From Raillietiella orientalis (Eukaryota), in contig JAYWIR010000003.1 in NCBI GenBank assembly GCA_036172245.1, positions 1,550,001-1,614,000 of the forward strand: 64,000 nt of DNA. Direction: 5' to 3'. Each line of letters starts with the position of its first letter. Position 1 is the first letter of the stretch. This document shows positions 63,296 to 64,000 of the stretch, piece by piece. The translations under genes and the position numbers were made by a program. The notes under the pieces were generated by a model, which searched no databases, was not told the origin of the DNA, and worked only from the letters and a program-made list of their open reading frames with translations.

Positions 63296-64000
63296 AGTTT
63301 CCAGCCTTCTGTCATGGGAACGCAATTTCCCACCCGTGCCCATGCGTTTCCGTCTTTTCCAGAGGCATTAAAAATCCCGTTCTCATGGAGCTGGTCACGC
63401 GTGGCAGCAGTGCTTGCGACAGTACAATGCCTGCCGTGTCTCCACATGTAGGTCCGTAGGTCTGCCACTGGCTGCTCCTGTCCCTGGAGAGTCCCAGCGT
63501 GAGCGAGTGGGAAAAGCTCACCCCCCTTGCTGCAAGGATCGCCTCCTTGAGAGCAGAGGATGAGAGAAGCTAATCGGCGAGCTGGGAAGTCTCTTGCGAG
63601 ATCGCAGTTGGGAGGAACCAAATGCGTGGTTGGAGCACGGGAGCAGCTGACCCACGCTGCGATCGGAAGTGCCCTTCCAAGTTGACTTGCAGGCTGGAGT
63701 GAGCTGCTCGGTATCCGTAAGGAAGACCTGAAGTGGCCCCCGCCGCTCGCGGGCGGCAGCGCTTCCCTCCTGAAGTGACAAAATTCGGCACTTCCACTGT
63801 TGCACCGGGGTCTTCCTTTCACCTCCCGCCCAAACCGATGGACGCTGGTGAGAACCAGCGCAGACTGGCGCAGTTGAGAGGAACGCGAATCCCTCCCGTT
63901 CCTGCCTGTGGGCAGTGCGTCCCAATGGCCTCTGCGAAAACGTTTAGAGAAGACCCTTCGCACCCCGGCAGGCAACCCCAATGACATTTTCTTGCTCCAT
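63295..64000 (+). mobile_element. LINE ORF2 C-terminal fragment, duplicate of 37859-38550
   Basis: Reverse-complement near-identity; truncated by window end. Confidence 0.75.

Noticed and set aside
23400..64000. LTR retrotransposon carrying a phlebovirus-type envelope, or an intact viral genome
   Set aside because: No LTRs, integrase, protease or Cys-rich glycoprotein recognised; all L pieces are disrupted.
1..64000. CRISPR array, tRNA, rRNA or prokaryotic operons
   Set aside because: No regularly spaced direct repeats or RNA gene signatures seen; spliceosomal introns show the DNA is eukaryotic.

Overview
Eukaryotic (animal, probably nematode-like; inferred from 39-59 nt GT-AG introns and tightly packed same-strand genes) genomic DNA with two very different halves. 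(1) A host gene block at ~4-23 kb: NUDT9 (6 exons, - strand), a compact GRIP-domain golgin of the GCC2 type (13 exons, -), an unidentified micro-exon gene (-) and intronless TMEM186 (+). (2) Most of the remainder (0.7-4 kb, the large NUDT9 introns, and 23.4-64 kb) is a mosaic of two kinds of decayed sequence: fragments of an L1/Tx1-like non-LTR retrotransposon, and about 20 degenerate fragments whose translations match, colinearly, the L protein (RNA-dependent RNA polymerase) of phenuivirus-like bunyaviruses (e.g. QGMLHFSS, SSDD, IPEVSTVA, RQEESN, NLLMQSFSGG, LSAGH...RVVAAAV, KAEELVS, RSLRLSG). The main candidate discovery is this dense, apparently L-only, strand-biased archive of endogenous negative-strand RNA virus polymerase sequence, interleaved with and repeatedly hit by one LINE family. 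The viral assignments rest on my manual translation and recalled phlebovirus/bandavirus (RVFV/SFTSV-type) L sequences, not on a database search; boundaries of decayed elements are approximate.
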